This document shows, one piece after another, positions 56,204 to 64,000 of a DNA stretch of 64,000 nt. How positions within the stretch are numbered: the first letter of the stretch is position 1; every line of letters begins with the position of its first letter. The notes below the pieces were generated by a model. It did not search any database. It saw nothing but the letters and a program-made list of their open reading frames with translations, and had not been told where the DNA came from. The position numbers and the translations under genes were made by a program. The stretch is taken from positions 43,519 through 107,518 of the forward strand of contig CAVIHU010000002.1 in NCBI GenBank assembly GCA_963642705.1. Direction: 5' to 3'. This stretch comes from Bacteroidaceae bacterium (lineage in GTDB: Bacteria; Bacillota; Clostridia; Christensenellales; Aristaeellaceae).

Positions 56204-58276
56204 ATGAGTCGTGCAAAGTCGTTTCTGGCTCTGCTGCTGGCACTGACTATGCTGCTGGGCGTGTCTGCATTTGCGGAGACAGTTGAATCGCCCGTGGCTT
56301 CTCCCGTGGCAGATGCGGAGGATACACCGGTTGCTTACCTGATGTATGCCGATGCCAACTGGCAGTACCAGTGGTGGCATGACGGCAACGAACCCGCTGA
56401 TGGCGTGAAGGTGACTGAGGTGGCTGTGAGCGGCGAAGGCAAGTATACGGTCGGTCTTGACTTCACCGGTACGGCAGACGGCGCTGCGAGCGGCATTGTG
56501 TTCGCTGCGATCGGCATCACTGACGGCGAGACGGCCCTGCCGAACTACACCATCCGTGTGGACGAAATCCGCGTCAACGGTCAGCCCATCGAAACCACAA
56601 AGGGCTACACTTCCTCTGACGACGGCAAGATCACCCGCTCGAACATCTACAACGAATGGGTGTCCGAAATCCCGTCCGACGCCCGTTCCTGGGACGGCTC
56701 GACGGCTGACGCCGGCTGGATCACCGTGAACAAGGACGACTTCGCATCCGTGCAGACGGTCGAGGTCGACTTCACGCTCTACCGTTACGGCGAGACGACC
56801 GCGTACATCATGTTCGCTGACGGCAGCTGGACGTACTCCTACTGGGGCACGGACGATTCTGCGGTGAAGGCGACGAACGCGACCATCACCGGCGCTGGCG
56901 ATTACACGGTCGGTCTGGACTTCACCGAGACGGAAACCGGCTCTGCTTCCGGTGTTTCCTTCACCGCGCTGGGCATCAAGAACGGCGAAAAGCTCTTCCC
57001 CGGCATGTCTATCAAGATTAACGATATCCGCCTGAACGGTGAGTCCATCGCCTTCACGAAGGGCTACACCTCTTCGGATGACAAGATCGAAACCCGCATG
57101 AACATCATGAACACGTGGGTCAGCGAGGTTCCCACGGACGACACCGTTCGCTCCTGGGACAAGTCGCTCGATGGCGCGTCTCCTGCCATCGTGGATGCTG
57201 CGCTCTTCGAGGACGTCAAGACCTACGAGATCGACTTCACGCTCGTGCCCGTGACCGACACCGCCTTCCTGATGTTTGCGGACAGCAGCTGGGCGTACAG
57301 CGCGTGGAACGCCGGCGAATATGTTGAAACGAACGCTTTGACCGTCGACGGCCCCGGCACCTATACCCTGTCTCTTGACTTCACTTCTACCGAGAACGGT
57401 CAGATTGACGGCATCGCCTTCCTGGCGGTCGGCATCGCGAACGGTGAGAGCAGCTTCCCCGGCTACTTCATCGACATCACCAGCGTGAAGGTCAACGGCG
57501 AAGACATCGAAATCGGCAAGGACTTCACGACCTCTGATGAGGGCGTTGTGACTCGCTCCAACATTTGGAACGAATGGGTGACCGCGATTCCGGAAGCTGC
57601 GCGCACGGCTGACGGCGACCTCGAGGGTGTGACGGCGCAGATTGCGACGGCTGAAGCCCTGTCCGCCATCAAGACCCTGGAAGTGACCTTCGATTACATC
57701 TACGGCAAGGCGCCCGAGGTTGCGGAAGAACAGCCGCTGACCGAGGACGAGGTTGCCGAGCTACGCAAGCAGACCTACGGCGCATACATCGCTGTGCAGT
57801 CCAACCCGAACTACATCTTCCGCAATGACTGGGACGATGCTTCCTATGGCCGCGATGCAGGCAACGGCGTTTTCGCAACGCTTGCAAAAACCAACAGCGA
57901 CGGCACGGTTGACGACTACGGTGCGACCTTCGAGGACGCGGTCATCAACGGCGACGGCACCTACACCTGCACCATGACCATGGGCGAAAAGGGCTTCGGC
58001 GATGATACCGGCTTCTTCTTCTTCCGTGTTTCGACGGACATCCCGTCCAAGCTCGTGAAGGAAGGCTACGTGACCATCACGGATACCTCCATCAAGATCG
58101 GCGACGGCCGCACCATGACCGGTCTGGTCGTCCAGACTGACGACGATTACGTCAAGCTGGTCGTTGAGGACAACTACAACAGCATCAAGGCAGAGGACGT
58201 CATCCTGACCGTGCCTGCCCCGAATTCCACGGTCGTGATCTCCTTCACTGTGACCGGTCTGACCGCTGCGGAATAA
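56204..58276 (+). CDS. Secreted protein with three 155-aa tandem domains plus a divergent fourth (putative glycan-binding; unknown family)
   Basis: Signal peptide MSRAKSFLALLLALTMLLGVSAFA. Repeats begin at nt 56330, 56795 and 57260 (exact 465-nt period). A divergent unit starts at 57773. AAGGAGGA RBS. Confidence 0.7.
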   Translation: MSRAKSFLALLLALTMLLGVSAFAETVESPVASPVADAEDTPVAYLMYADANWQYQWWHDGNEPADGVKVTEVAVSGEGKYTVGLDFTGTADGAASGIVFAAIGITDGETALPNYTIRVDEIRVNGQPIETTKGYTSSDDGKITRSNIYNEWVSEIPSDARSWDGSTADAGWITVNKDDFASVQTVEVDFTLYRYGETTAYIMFADGSWTYSYWGTDDSAVKATNATITGAGDYTVGLDFTETETGSASGVSFTALGIKNGEKLFPGMSIKINDIRLNGESIAFTKGYTSSDDKIETRMNIMNTWVSEVPTDDTVRSWDKSLDGASPAIVDAALFEDVKTYEIDFTLVPVTDTAFLMFADSSWAYSAWNAGEYVETNALTVDGPGTYTLSLDFTSTENGQIDGIAFLAVGIANGESSFPGYFIDITSVKVNGEDIEIGKDFTTSDEGVVTRSNIWNEWVTAIPEAARTADGDLEGVTAQIATAEALSAIKTLEVTFDYIYGKAPEVAEEQPLTEDEVAELRKQTYGAYIAVQSNPNYIFRNDWDDASYGRDAGNGVFATLAKTNSDGTVDDYGATFEDAVINGDGTYTCTMTMGEKGFGDDTGFFFFRVSTDIPSKLVKEGYVTITDTSIKIGDGRTMTGLVVQTDDDYVKLVVEDNYNSIKAEDVILTVPAPNSTVVISFTVTGLTAAE

Positions 58277-58321
58277 GCTGATTCCTCACCAATGACGGAA
58301 TTCTGCCATACAAAAGCATCC

Positions 58322-58353
58322 GAAGGGTGCAGGGGCGCTCGGAAAGCCCCTGC
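58322..58353 (+). repeat. GC-rich hairpin repeat, copy D (repeat-protein/permease spacer)
   Basis: GAAGGGT GCAGGGGC gctcggaaa GCCCCTGC. Perfect 8-bp stem and a 9-nt loop. Confidence 0.5.
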
Positions 58354-58462
58354 TCGTGCCTAAGGACACGAAAACCCTACAGAACGAACAAAAGCCCGCG
58401 GCGCATGCTCCGGTGAAAGCTGAAGCGTGCGCCCGGGAACTGTCTTGACACGCGAGCGCTGT

Positions 58463-58488
58463 TTGACAGCAAAACGTTTGCCTGTCAA
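58463..58488. promoter_or_regulatory. 26-bp imperfect palindrome (operator-like) upstream of the permease gene
   Basis: TTGACAGcaAAAC|GTTTgcCTGTCAA, with 11 of 13 positions symmetric. The core AAACGTTT resembles LacI-family half-site cores. Confidence 0.4.
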
Positions 58489-58570
58489 GACCGCATCCCT
58501 TCTTCCGTATTAGAAGCGGCACAATGAGCTGATAAAAGAGATTCGTCACGCATAGAAATGAGGGGATAAC

Positions 58571-60046
58571 ATGCAAGCGACAATGACAGGAAAAGCGATC
58601 GCCGATCCGGCACAGGGCAAGGAGAAATCCGTGATTTCCCTGATTGTGCTTCGGATTCTGGCGGCGCTCGCCGGTTTGATGGTCTTTTTCCCGGAGGTGA
58701 ACCCGGGCCGGCTGATGGAGAACATCAACGTCAACACCTCCTTATTCACGACTGCCATTTCCTACAGCACGCTGACGGACGGCTTCAAGCGCGCCCTGCG
58801 CAGCGGCTGGATTGAGAACTGGCACTTCAGCGTGATCATGGGCGGCTGCGCGCTGGTGATGCTCGGCGTGTTCGTCTGCGTGGCAGGCGCGTGCGTATCG
58901 CTGGGAAACCACCGCATGAAGCGTCTCGGCTCCGCACTTCCACTGGTTGGCGGTGTGATGATGGTTGGCGGCATCGGCATGCTCAAGTGGATTCAGGGTG
59001 TGATCAACGCGCTGGAAAAGGTCGATAAGCTGGATCCTGTTTCGTGCGACAGCGCGATGCTCTTCTGGGTAATCCTTGGCGCACTGATGATTGCTCTGGC
59101 CGTCATCAGCCTGATCACCATCCCGAAAAGCATGGAAGCAAAGATGGAGATGGATGAGAAATTCCGTCTGTTTCTGATGTTCCTGCCAGTGCTGGTGATG
59201 ACGGTCATCTTCTGCTACCTGCCCCTGTACGGCTGGCGTTTCGCCTTCTTCGACTACAAGGTTGGCGGCGAGCTGTCCTCGGAGAACTTCGTGGGCTTCT
59301 ACTGGTTTTCCTACCTCTTCTCCAATGCGGCAACGCGCAGCGACCTTATCCGCGTGCTCCGCAACACGCTGATCATGTCCGGTCTGGGCATCCTGACCAG
59401 CTGGCTGCCGATTGCCTTTGCCGTGCTGCTGGCTGAGGTTCGTTCGACGAAGTTCCAGCGCGTCGTGCAGACGCTGACGACCATCCCGAACTTCATTTCG
59501 TGGGTTCTGGTGTACGCCATCGCCTTTGCCATTTTCTCCACTGACGGCTTCATTAACTCCTTCCTGCGCAACGTTATGGGCGTTACCGCGACGACAGACT
59601 ACCTCGCCAACGGCGACCACATCTGGCTGAAGATGCTCCTCTGGGGCACATGGAAGGGACTTGGCTGGAGCGCCATCGTCTACATTGCGGGCATCGCGGG
59701 TATTGACCAGCAGCTTTACGAGGCGGCGAAGGTCGACGGTGCGAACCGCTTCCAGTGTATCCGACACATCACCATCCCCGGTCTGATGCCGACGTACATG
59801 GTCATGCTGCTGATGTCCGTTGCAGGCATCCTCTCCAACGGCATGGAGCAGTACCTCGTCTTTGAAAACCCGATCAACCACAACGTCATTGAGGTGCTTG
59901 ACCTTTACGTGTACAACAGCGGTATCAAGAGCGGTCTGATTCCGCTGTCGACGGTCGTCGGTGTGTTCAAGAGCCTTGTCGGTATCGTGCTGCTCTTCGG
60001 TGCGAACGGTATCTCGAAGGGTCTGCGCGGCGAGAGCATTATTTAA
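58571..60046 (+). CDS. ABC transporter permease (LplB-like) with an N-terminal 4-TM extension of about 190 aa
   Basis: GAGGGG RBS. The C-terminal 300 aa show an LplB-type pattern (FLMFLPVLVMTVIFCYLPLYGWRFAFFDYK, EAA loop LYEAAKVDGANRFQCIRHITIP). The N-terminal part has four hydrophobic segments. Confidence 0.8.
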   Translation: MQATMTGKAIADPAQGKEKSVISLIVLRILAALAGLMVFFPEVNPGRLMENINVNTSLFTTAISYSTLTDGFKRALRSGWIENWHFSVIMGGCALVMLGVFVCVAGACVSLGNHRMKRLGSALPLVGGVMMVGGIGMLKWIQGVINALEKVDKLDPVSCDSAMLFWVILGALMIALAVISLITIPKSMEAKMEMDEKFRLFLMFLPVLVMTVIFCYLPLYGWRFAFFDYKVGGELSSENFVGFYWFSYLFSNAATRSDLIRVLRNTLIMSGLGILTSWLPIAFAVLLAEVRSTKFQRVVQTLTTIPNFISWVLVYAIAFAIFSTDGFINSFLRNVMGVTATTDYLANGDHIWLKMLLWGTWKGLGWSAIVYIAGIAGIDQQLYEAAKVDGANRFQCIRHITIPGLMPTYMVMLLMSVAGILSNGMEQYLVFENPINHNVIEVLDLYVYNSGIKSGLIPLSTVVGVFKSLVGIVLLFGANGISKGLRGESII

Positions 60047-60062
60047 GGGGGGTGGAGCAGCA

Positions 60063-61019
60063 ATGGAAACAACGATGAAGCGTCATGGCAAGGTGCAGAT
60101 CGCGCATGACGGACACAACAACAAGATTCGCCGCTCTGCAGGCGACATCATCTTTGACGTATTCCTGTACATCCTCTTTGGTATATTCACGCTGCTGTGC
60201 GTGTTCCCGTTCTACTACCTGTTCATCAACACCATTTCCAGCAACGACGCGGTAACGAGCGGCCTTGTCAACTTCTGGCCGATTGGCGTCCACTTCCAGA
60301 ACTACATCGCACTGCGTGATGTAGCGGATCTTGGCTCCTCCATTATCGTCACCGTCGCCCGTACCATCATCGGCACGGCGCTGATGGTTATTGTCAGTGC
60401 GTGGGCAGGTTATCTGGTCACGAAGCAAAAGATGTGGCACCGTTCGCTGATGTACCGCGCACTTGTCATCACCATGTACTTCAACGCCGGTCTGATTCCG
60501 TGGTACATGAACATGCTGATGCTGGGTCTGACGAACAACTTCCTCGCGTACATTCTGCCGGGCATGATCGCACCGTACAACATCATCCTCGTCAAGACGT
60601 ATATCGAGTCGATTCCTGCCTCGCTGGAGGAATCAGCAGTCATCGACGGTGCAAACACGCCGATTGTCTTCGTGAAGATCATCCTGCCGCTGTCTGTGCC
60701 GATTCTGGCGACCATTGCAATTTTCGGCGCCGTCGGCAACTGGAATTCCTTCCAGGATTCGCTGCTGCTGATGTCCTCCAAGCCGGAGCTGTACACCCTG
60801 CAGCATCGCCTGTATGTTTACCTGAACCAGTCCTCGAACCTGCAGGCGCTTGTCAGCGGTTCGGGCGGTCTGTCCACGCAGGCGGCGGAGAATATGCTCA
60901 GCTCCCGTGTTGTCAAGTACACGGTTGCCATGGTTTCCATCATCCCGATCCTGTTGGTTTACCCCTTCATGCAGCGCTTCTTCGTCAAGGGCATCATGCT
61001 TGGCGCTGTGAAGGGCTGA
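60063..61019 (+). CDS. ABC transporter permease (LplC-like)
   Basis: ATG at 60063 follows GGGGGGTGGAG. EAA loop LEESAVIDGANTPIVFVKIILP. 6 TM segments. Confidence 0.9.
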   Translation: METTMKRHGKVQIAHDGHNNKIRRSAGDIIFDVFLYILFGIFTLLCVFPFYYLFINTISSNDAVTSGLVNFWPIGVHFQNYIALRDVADLGSSIIVTVARTIIGTALMVIVSAWAGYLVTKQKMWHRSLMYRALVITMYFNAGLIPWYMNMLMLGLTNNFLAYILPGMIAPYNIILVKTYIESIPASLEESAVIDGANTPIVFVKIILPLSVPILATIAIFGAVGNWNSFQDSLLLMSSKPELYTLQHRLYVYLNQSSNLQALVSGSGGLSTQAAENMLSSRVVKYTVAMVSIIPILLVYPFMQRFFVKGIMLGAVKG

Positions 61020-61048
61020 TTATTAGTGCGTCCATTCAAGCTGCGATA

Positions 61049-61124
61049 CAGCGTTGCAGCATGGGGTGCACTGAAGGGGGCATGGGGCGACCGAAAAGCC
61101 CCCTTGTCACCTCTGTCAACGCTG
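61049..61124 (+). repeat. GC-rich hairpin repeat, copy C, nested in an outer 8-bp stem (permease/binding-protein spacer)
   Basis: Outer stem CAGCGTTG/CAACGCTG. Inner stem GAAGGGGGC atggggcgaccgaaaa GCCCCCTT (8 bp). An alternative pairing is GGGGC/GCCCC with the 9-nt loop gaccgaaaa. Confidence 0.5.
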
Positions 61125-61266
61125 ACCTTACGAAGAATAAGAATGCAGGGGCAATGGAACAGACAAAGTTCGCGGTTGCCTTCCGGCTGTGTCCGCACCA
61201 ATTTCGGTTGACTGCATGTCTACGTGACATGCTTCAGTTTCACTACCAGAAAGGAGTGCATGAAAC

Positions 61267-63072
61267 ATGCGCAAATTCACCCGTCTGCTGGCCTTGATGA
61301 TGGCTCTGACCATGCTTCTGGGCGTTATGCCTGCACTGGCGGAATCCACCACCGTGGATAATCCCTCCGGCATCCCGTACTACTCTGTGTCGAGCGACAT
61401 CTACGATATCATCGACATGGACGGCGATCCCATCCAGATTGAAGTCTACAGCCAGCTTGCAAACTACTCCGGTCGTCAGACTGGCTGGGGCACCACGCTG
61501 CTCAAGGACTTGTTCAATGTTGAACTCGTTATTATTCCTGAGCAGGACGGCACCTACCAGACCCGCACACAGGCCGGCAACCTCGGCGACATCGTCGTCT
61601 GGGGCAACAACGGCGACAACTACAAGCAGGCAATCAGCAACGGTCTGTTGCTGGAGTGGGACGAGGATGATCTTGCGGAGACCTATGCGCCCTACATCTG
61701 GACGAACTATGCGGACGCGCTGGCTTCCAACCGTCAGGTATCCGAGGACGACGGAAACCTCTACGGCTTCGGCATGGACGTCGGCACCTCCCGCGGCGGT
61801 CACCGCTCCTTCATGTATTCCTGGGATCTCCGCTGGGATCTCTATTCTCAGCTGGGCTATCCGGAAATCAAAAATCTCGACGACCTGATCGAGGTCTTCA
61901 AGCAGATGAAGGAAATTTGCCCGAAGGACGAGCTGGGCAACGAAACGTACGCCGCATCCCTGTGGCCTGACTGGGACGGCAATCTCGTGATGTACGTCAA
62001 GGCAACGGCGACGGCGTACTACGGCTTCGACGAGCTGGGCTTCGGCCTCTACGATCCCAACACCGGCGATTACTACGATGCGCTGGACGAAAATGGTCCG
62101 TACATCGAGATGCTCCGCTTCTACAACAAGCTGTACCGCGAAGGTCTGCTTGATCCGAACTCCATGACCCAGACCTACGACGAGATGGGTCAGAAGGTCA
62201 AGGTCGGCGGCGTGTTCTGGGGCATCTTCAACTACGCTTCCTCCAGTGTTTACAACACCACCGCGCACCTCTCCGAGGGCAAGATGATGTACGCCCGTGT
62301 GCCGGACGAGGCTTCTCCGATCGTCTACGGGCTGTCCACGCTGGGCGGCAACCGTATCTGGTCCGTCGGCGCCAAGGCGGAATATCCGGAGCTGTGCCTC
62401 GCTATCCTCGACTTCCTCGCAACGCCCGAAGGCTCTATGACGATGTGGTACGGTCCGCGTGGCCTGATGTGGGACTACGACGAGAACGGCGGCATGTACT
62501 TCACAGAGCTCGGCGATATGTGCAACAAGGATACCAAGCATGACCTGACCGGCGTGGAATGGACTTCTCCGTACACCGGCAAGACCTACACGCTTTCCGG
62601 CAACTTCAACGACGGCTGCATCCAGGCGAACAACACCACCTACACCAAGGACGCCATCAACCCCGACGGCAAGCTCGGCGAAGCCTTCAACAAGGATACC
62701 TGGGTGTCCGTGCAGAACGCTGTGTCCTACGCGATTCAGGAGGACTGGCGCAACTGGGCAAATGCAAGCCTTGCTGACATCTACTTCGAGAACATCGGTC
62801 GTTACACCGTGATGCCTGATCTGCCCTACTCCGAGGCCAGCAAGGACGACACGCTGAAGGTCAAGTGGGAGCAGTGTGCAAAGAGCATCACCACGAACAG
62901 CTGGCTGGCGATTTACGCCAAAGCTGACGCCGAGTTCAACATGCATGTCCGCAACATGATCAATCAGTGCAACAGCTACGGCTATGAGGATTGCCTCGAA
63001 TGGTCCAAGGGCGAAGCCGCGACGAAGTGGCGTCTGACCCAGGAAATCAATGAACTCGAGGTTTCAGAGTAA
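61267..63072 (+). CDS. Large extracellular solute-binding protein (LplA-like, about 600 aa)
   Basis: Signal peptide MRKFTRLLALMMALTMLLGVMPALA. Size and position match Lpl-type oligosaccharide-binding proteins. Confidence 0.85.
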   Translation: MRKFTRLLALMMALTMLLGVMPALAESTTVDNPSGIPYYSVSSDIYDIIDMDGDPIQIEVYSQLANYSGRQTGWGTTLLKDLFNVELVIIPEQDGTYQTRTQAGNLGDIVVWGNNGDNYKQAISNGLLLEWDEDDLAETYAPYIWTNYADALASNRQVSEDDGNLYGFGMDVGTSRGGHRSFMYSWDLRWDLYSQLGYPEIKNLDDLIEVFKQMKEICPKDELGNETYAASLWPDWDGNLVMYVKATATAYYGFDELGFGLYDPNTGDYYDALDENGPYIEMLRFYNKLYREGLLDPNSMTQTYDEMGQKVKVGGVFWGIFNYASSSVYNTTAHLSEGKMMYARVPDEASPIVYGLSTLGGNRIWSVGAKAEYPELCLAILDFLATPEGSMTMWYGPRGLMWDYDENGGMYFTELGDMCNKDTKHDLTGVEWTSPYTGKTYTLSGNFNDGCIQANNTTYTKDAINPDGKLGEAFNKDTWVSVQNAVSYAIQEDWRNWANASLADIYFENIGRYTVMPDLPYSEASKDDTLKVKWEQCAKSITTNSWLAIYAKADAEFNMHVRNMINQCNSYGYEDCLEWSKGEAATKWRLTQEINELEVSE

Positions 63073-63082
63073 CCCAAAACCC

Positions 63083-63114
63083 AAAAGAGTGCGCAGCGAT
63101 GCGCACTCTTTTTA
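63083..63114. terminator. Bidirectional intrinsic terminator
   Basis: AAAAGAGTGCGC agcgat GCGCACTCTTTTTAT. Perfect 9-bp stem flanked by an A-run and a T-run. Confidence 0.8.
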
Positions 63115-63294
63115 TTTCATTGATACATGGAAAATGCATCCAAGGCATTCCAATGGGCGACGGAAGCCTTCGCCTGTCCTGCCTGCTGGTCGTCTCTGCG
63201 GAGGCGTCTGCCTGCAACGATAGATCAGGCGATGCTGCACAATTCGGCGGCACTGCTGAATATGCCTTTTGGTCATCTGCATACAGGAAAGTGC

Positions 63295-64000
63295 TTATCG
63301 GTGCCGTTCCTTAAATTCGTACAGCATCGCATCCGCCTTTGCCAGCACCTCTGCCTTGTCATCTCCGCCGGGGAAATAGTACGCATAGCCATAGGAAACG
63401 GTCGGAATTGTCGGGTTTTCCTGCCTTGCAGCGCTAATCAGCCCAAGGAAATTCGTTGTCATCGAAGCGTACTGATTCCGTCTGCGCAGCACTGCCACGC
63501 AGAATTCATCGCCGCCGGTGCGGAAGCACAGCCCATGCGCGCCGTAAGCCTTGCGGATGCACTCCGCAACCGTCTGCAGGCAGATGTCGCCTGCATGATG
63601 CCCGTGCTTGTCGTTGACCTCCTTGAACAGGTCGATATCCAGCACGATGAACACTGCCGGACCATGCAGCCGCTCGAGAAAATGGTCGTATCCGCGGCGA
63701 TTCAGCAGCTCTGTCAGCCCGTCGGTCAGAAATAGCATGTCGCTGGAAAATTTCGAGAGCATCAGTGTCGCGATGGCAATGGTAATCCAGTCAATCTTGA
63801 TGCTCGGAAAGATCAGCTGCGTCAGCAATCCCGCGATGACGAAGAAGGTCGCCCAAACGAGCTGCTTGCTGCCGGAAAACTGATACGTCAGGCTGGCGAT
63901 ATACACCTGCACGAGGAAGAACGCGGCACTCAGCCCATAGGCGATGCTATAGAGGAAATAATGCGAGCCGTGATAGTACACGTTGTTCGCGTCAATATGA
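63295..64000 (-). CDS. Diguanylate cyclase (GGDEF domain) with N-terminal membrane segments; 5' end outside window
   Basis: LLNRRGYDHF...FIVLDIDLFKEVNDKHGHHAGD...RTGGDEFCV. The frame stays open to the window edge. Confidence 0.85.
   Translation of the reverse strand, partial: HIDANNVYYHGSHYFLYSIAYGLSAAFFLVQVYIASLTYQFSGSKQLVWATFFVIAGLLTQLIFPSIKIDWITIAIATLMLSKFSSDMLFLTDGLTELLNRRGYDHFLERLHGPAVFIVLDIDLFKEVNDKHGHHAGDICLQTVAECIRKAYGAHGLCFRTGGDEFCVAVLRRRNQYASMTTNFLGLISAARQENPTIPTVSYGYAYYFPGGDDKAEVLAKADAMLYEFKERHR

Noticed and set aside
63115-63294. A 180-nt gap between the bidirectional terminator and the GGDEF stop, with ORFs 63099-63314 and 63127-63735 on the plus strand.
   Set aside because: The plus-strand ORFs run antisense into the GGDEF gene and lack an RBS. 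I found no repeat, promoter or structure strong enough to report.

Overview
This is a 64-kb chromosomal window from a visibly GC-rich Firmicute. Gene content looks like Clostridia, possibly Oscillospiraceae or Ruminococcaceae, but I cannot assign it further without a database search. The window is densely coding and mostly housekeeping.

Gene content, left to right:
- ABC exporter 3' fragment, a methyltransferase-like ORF coupled to tcdA, an Rrf2 regulator, a polysaccharide deacetylase, and adenine deaminase.
- gyrB-gyrA, a PF06541-like membrane protein, a stand-alone ComEC-type MBL hydrolase, rarA, and deoD.
- Sugar-utilisation locus 1: Gfo/Idh/MocA oxidoreductase, CUT1-type ABC binding protein plus two permeases, AraC regulator, CE15-like esterase, a Cys-cluster hypothetical, and kdgK.
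- Aconitase, a secreted Cys-rich protein, and nifS-dut plus a second MBL paralog.
- The complete rimP-nusA-ylxR-ylxQ-infB-rbfA-truB-ribF block.
- An isolated rplJ-rplL operon with its own consensus promoter and L10 leader.
- A transglutaminase-like protein, a 7x PG_binding_1 lipoprotein, mrp/apbC, a repeat-bearing membrane protein, trmO, and an M28 peptidase.
- Two coiled-coil membrane proteins, efp plus a zinc-ribbon protein, and GH26.
- nifJ (PFOR).
- Sugar locus 2: a secreted 155-aa-repeat protein, an LplB-like permease with an N-terminal extension, an LplC-like permease, and a large binding protein.
- The 3' part of a GGDEF gene that runs off the window.

I found no rRNA, tRNA, CRISPR array, transposase, integrase or recognisable defence genes. 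It reads as an ordinary core region.

The observations most worth a second look are non-coding or architectural:
1. A dispersed family of GC-rich intergenic hairpin elements with a conserved GCGAAGGGG box and a 9-nt GNNCNNAAA loop.
2. A 0.78-kb gene-free stretch (50363-51137) containing a candidate sRNA unit: a promoter-like extended -10, a long irregular hairpin, a 41-nt polypyrimidine tract and a strong intrinsic terminator.
3. Four essentially perfect 90-bp in-frame tandem repeats in the infB N-terminal region.
4. Sugar locus 2: a perfect consensus promoter, AAAACGTT operator-like sites, the repeat-domain secreted protein, and the permease with a 4-TM extension.

The many long ORFs lying antisense to real genes are treated as GC-rich shadow ORFs.
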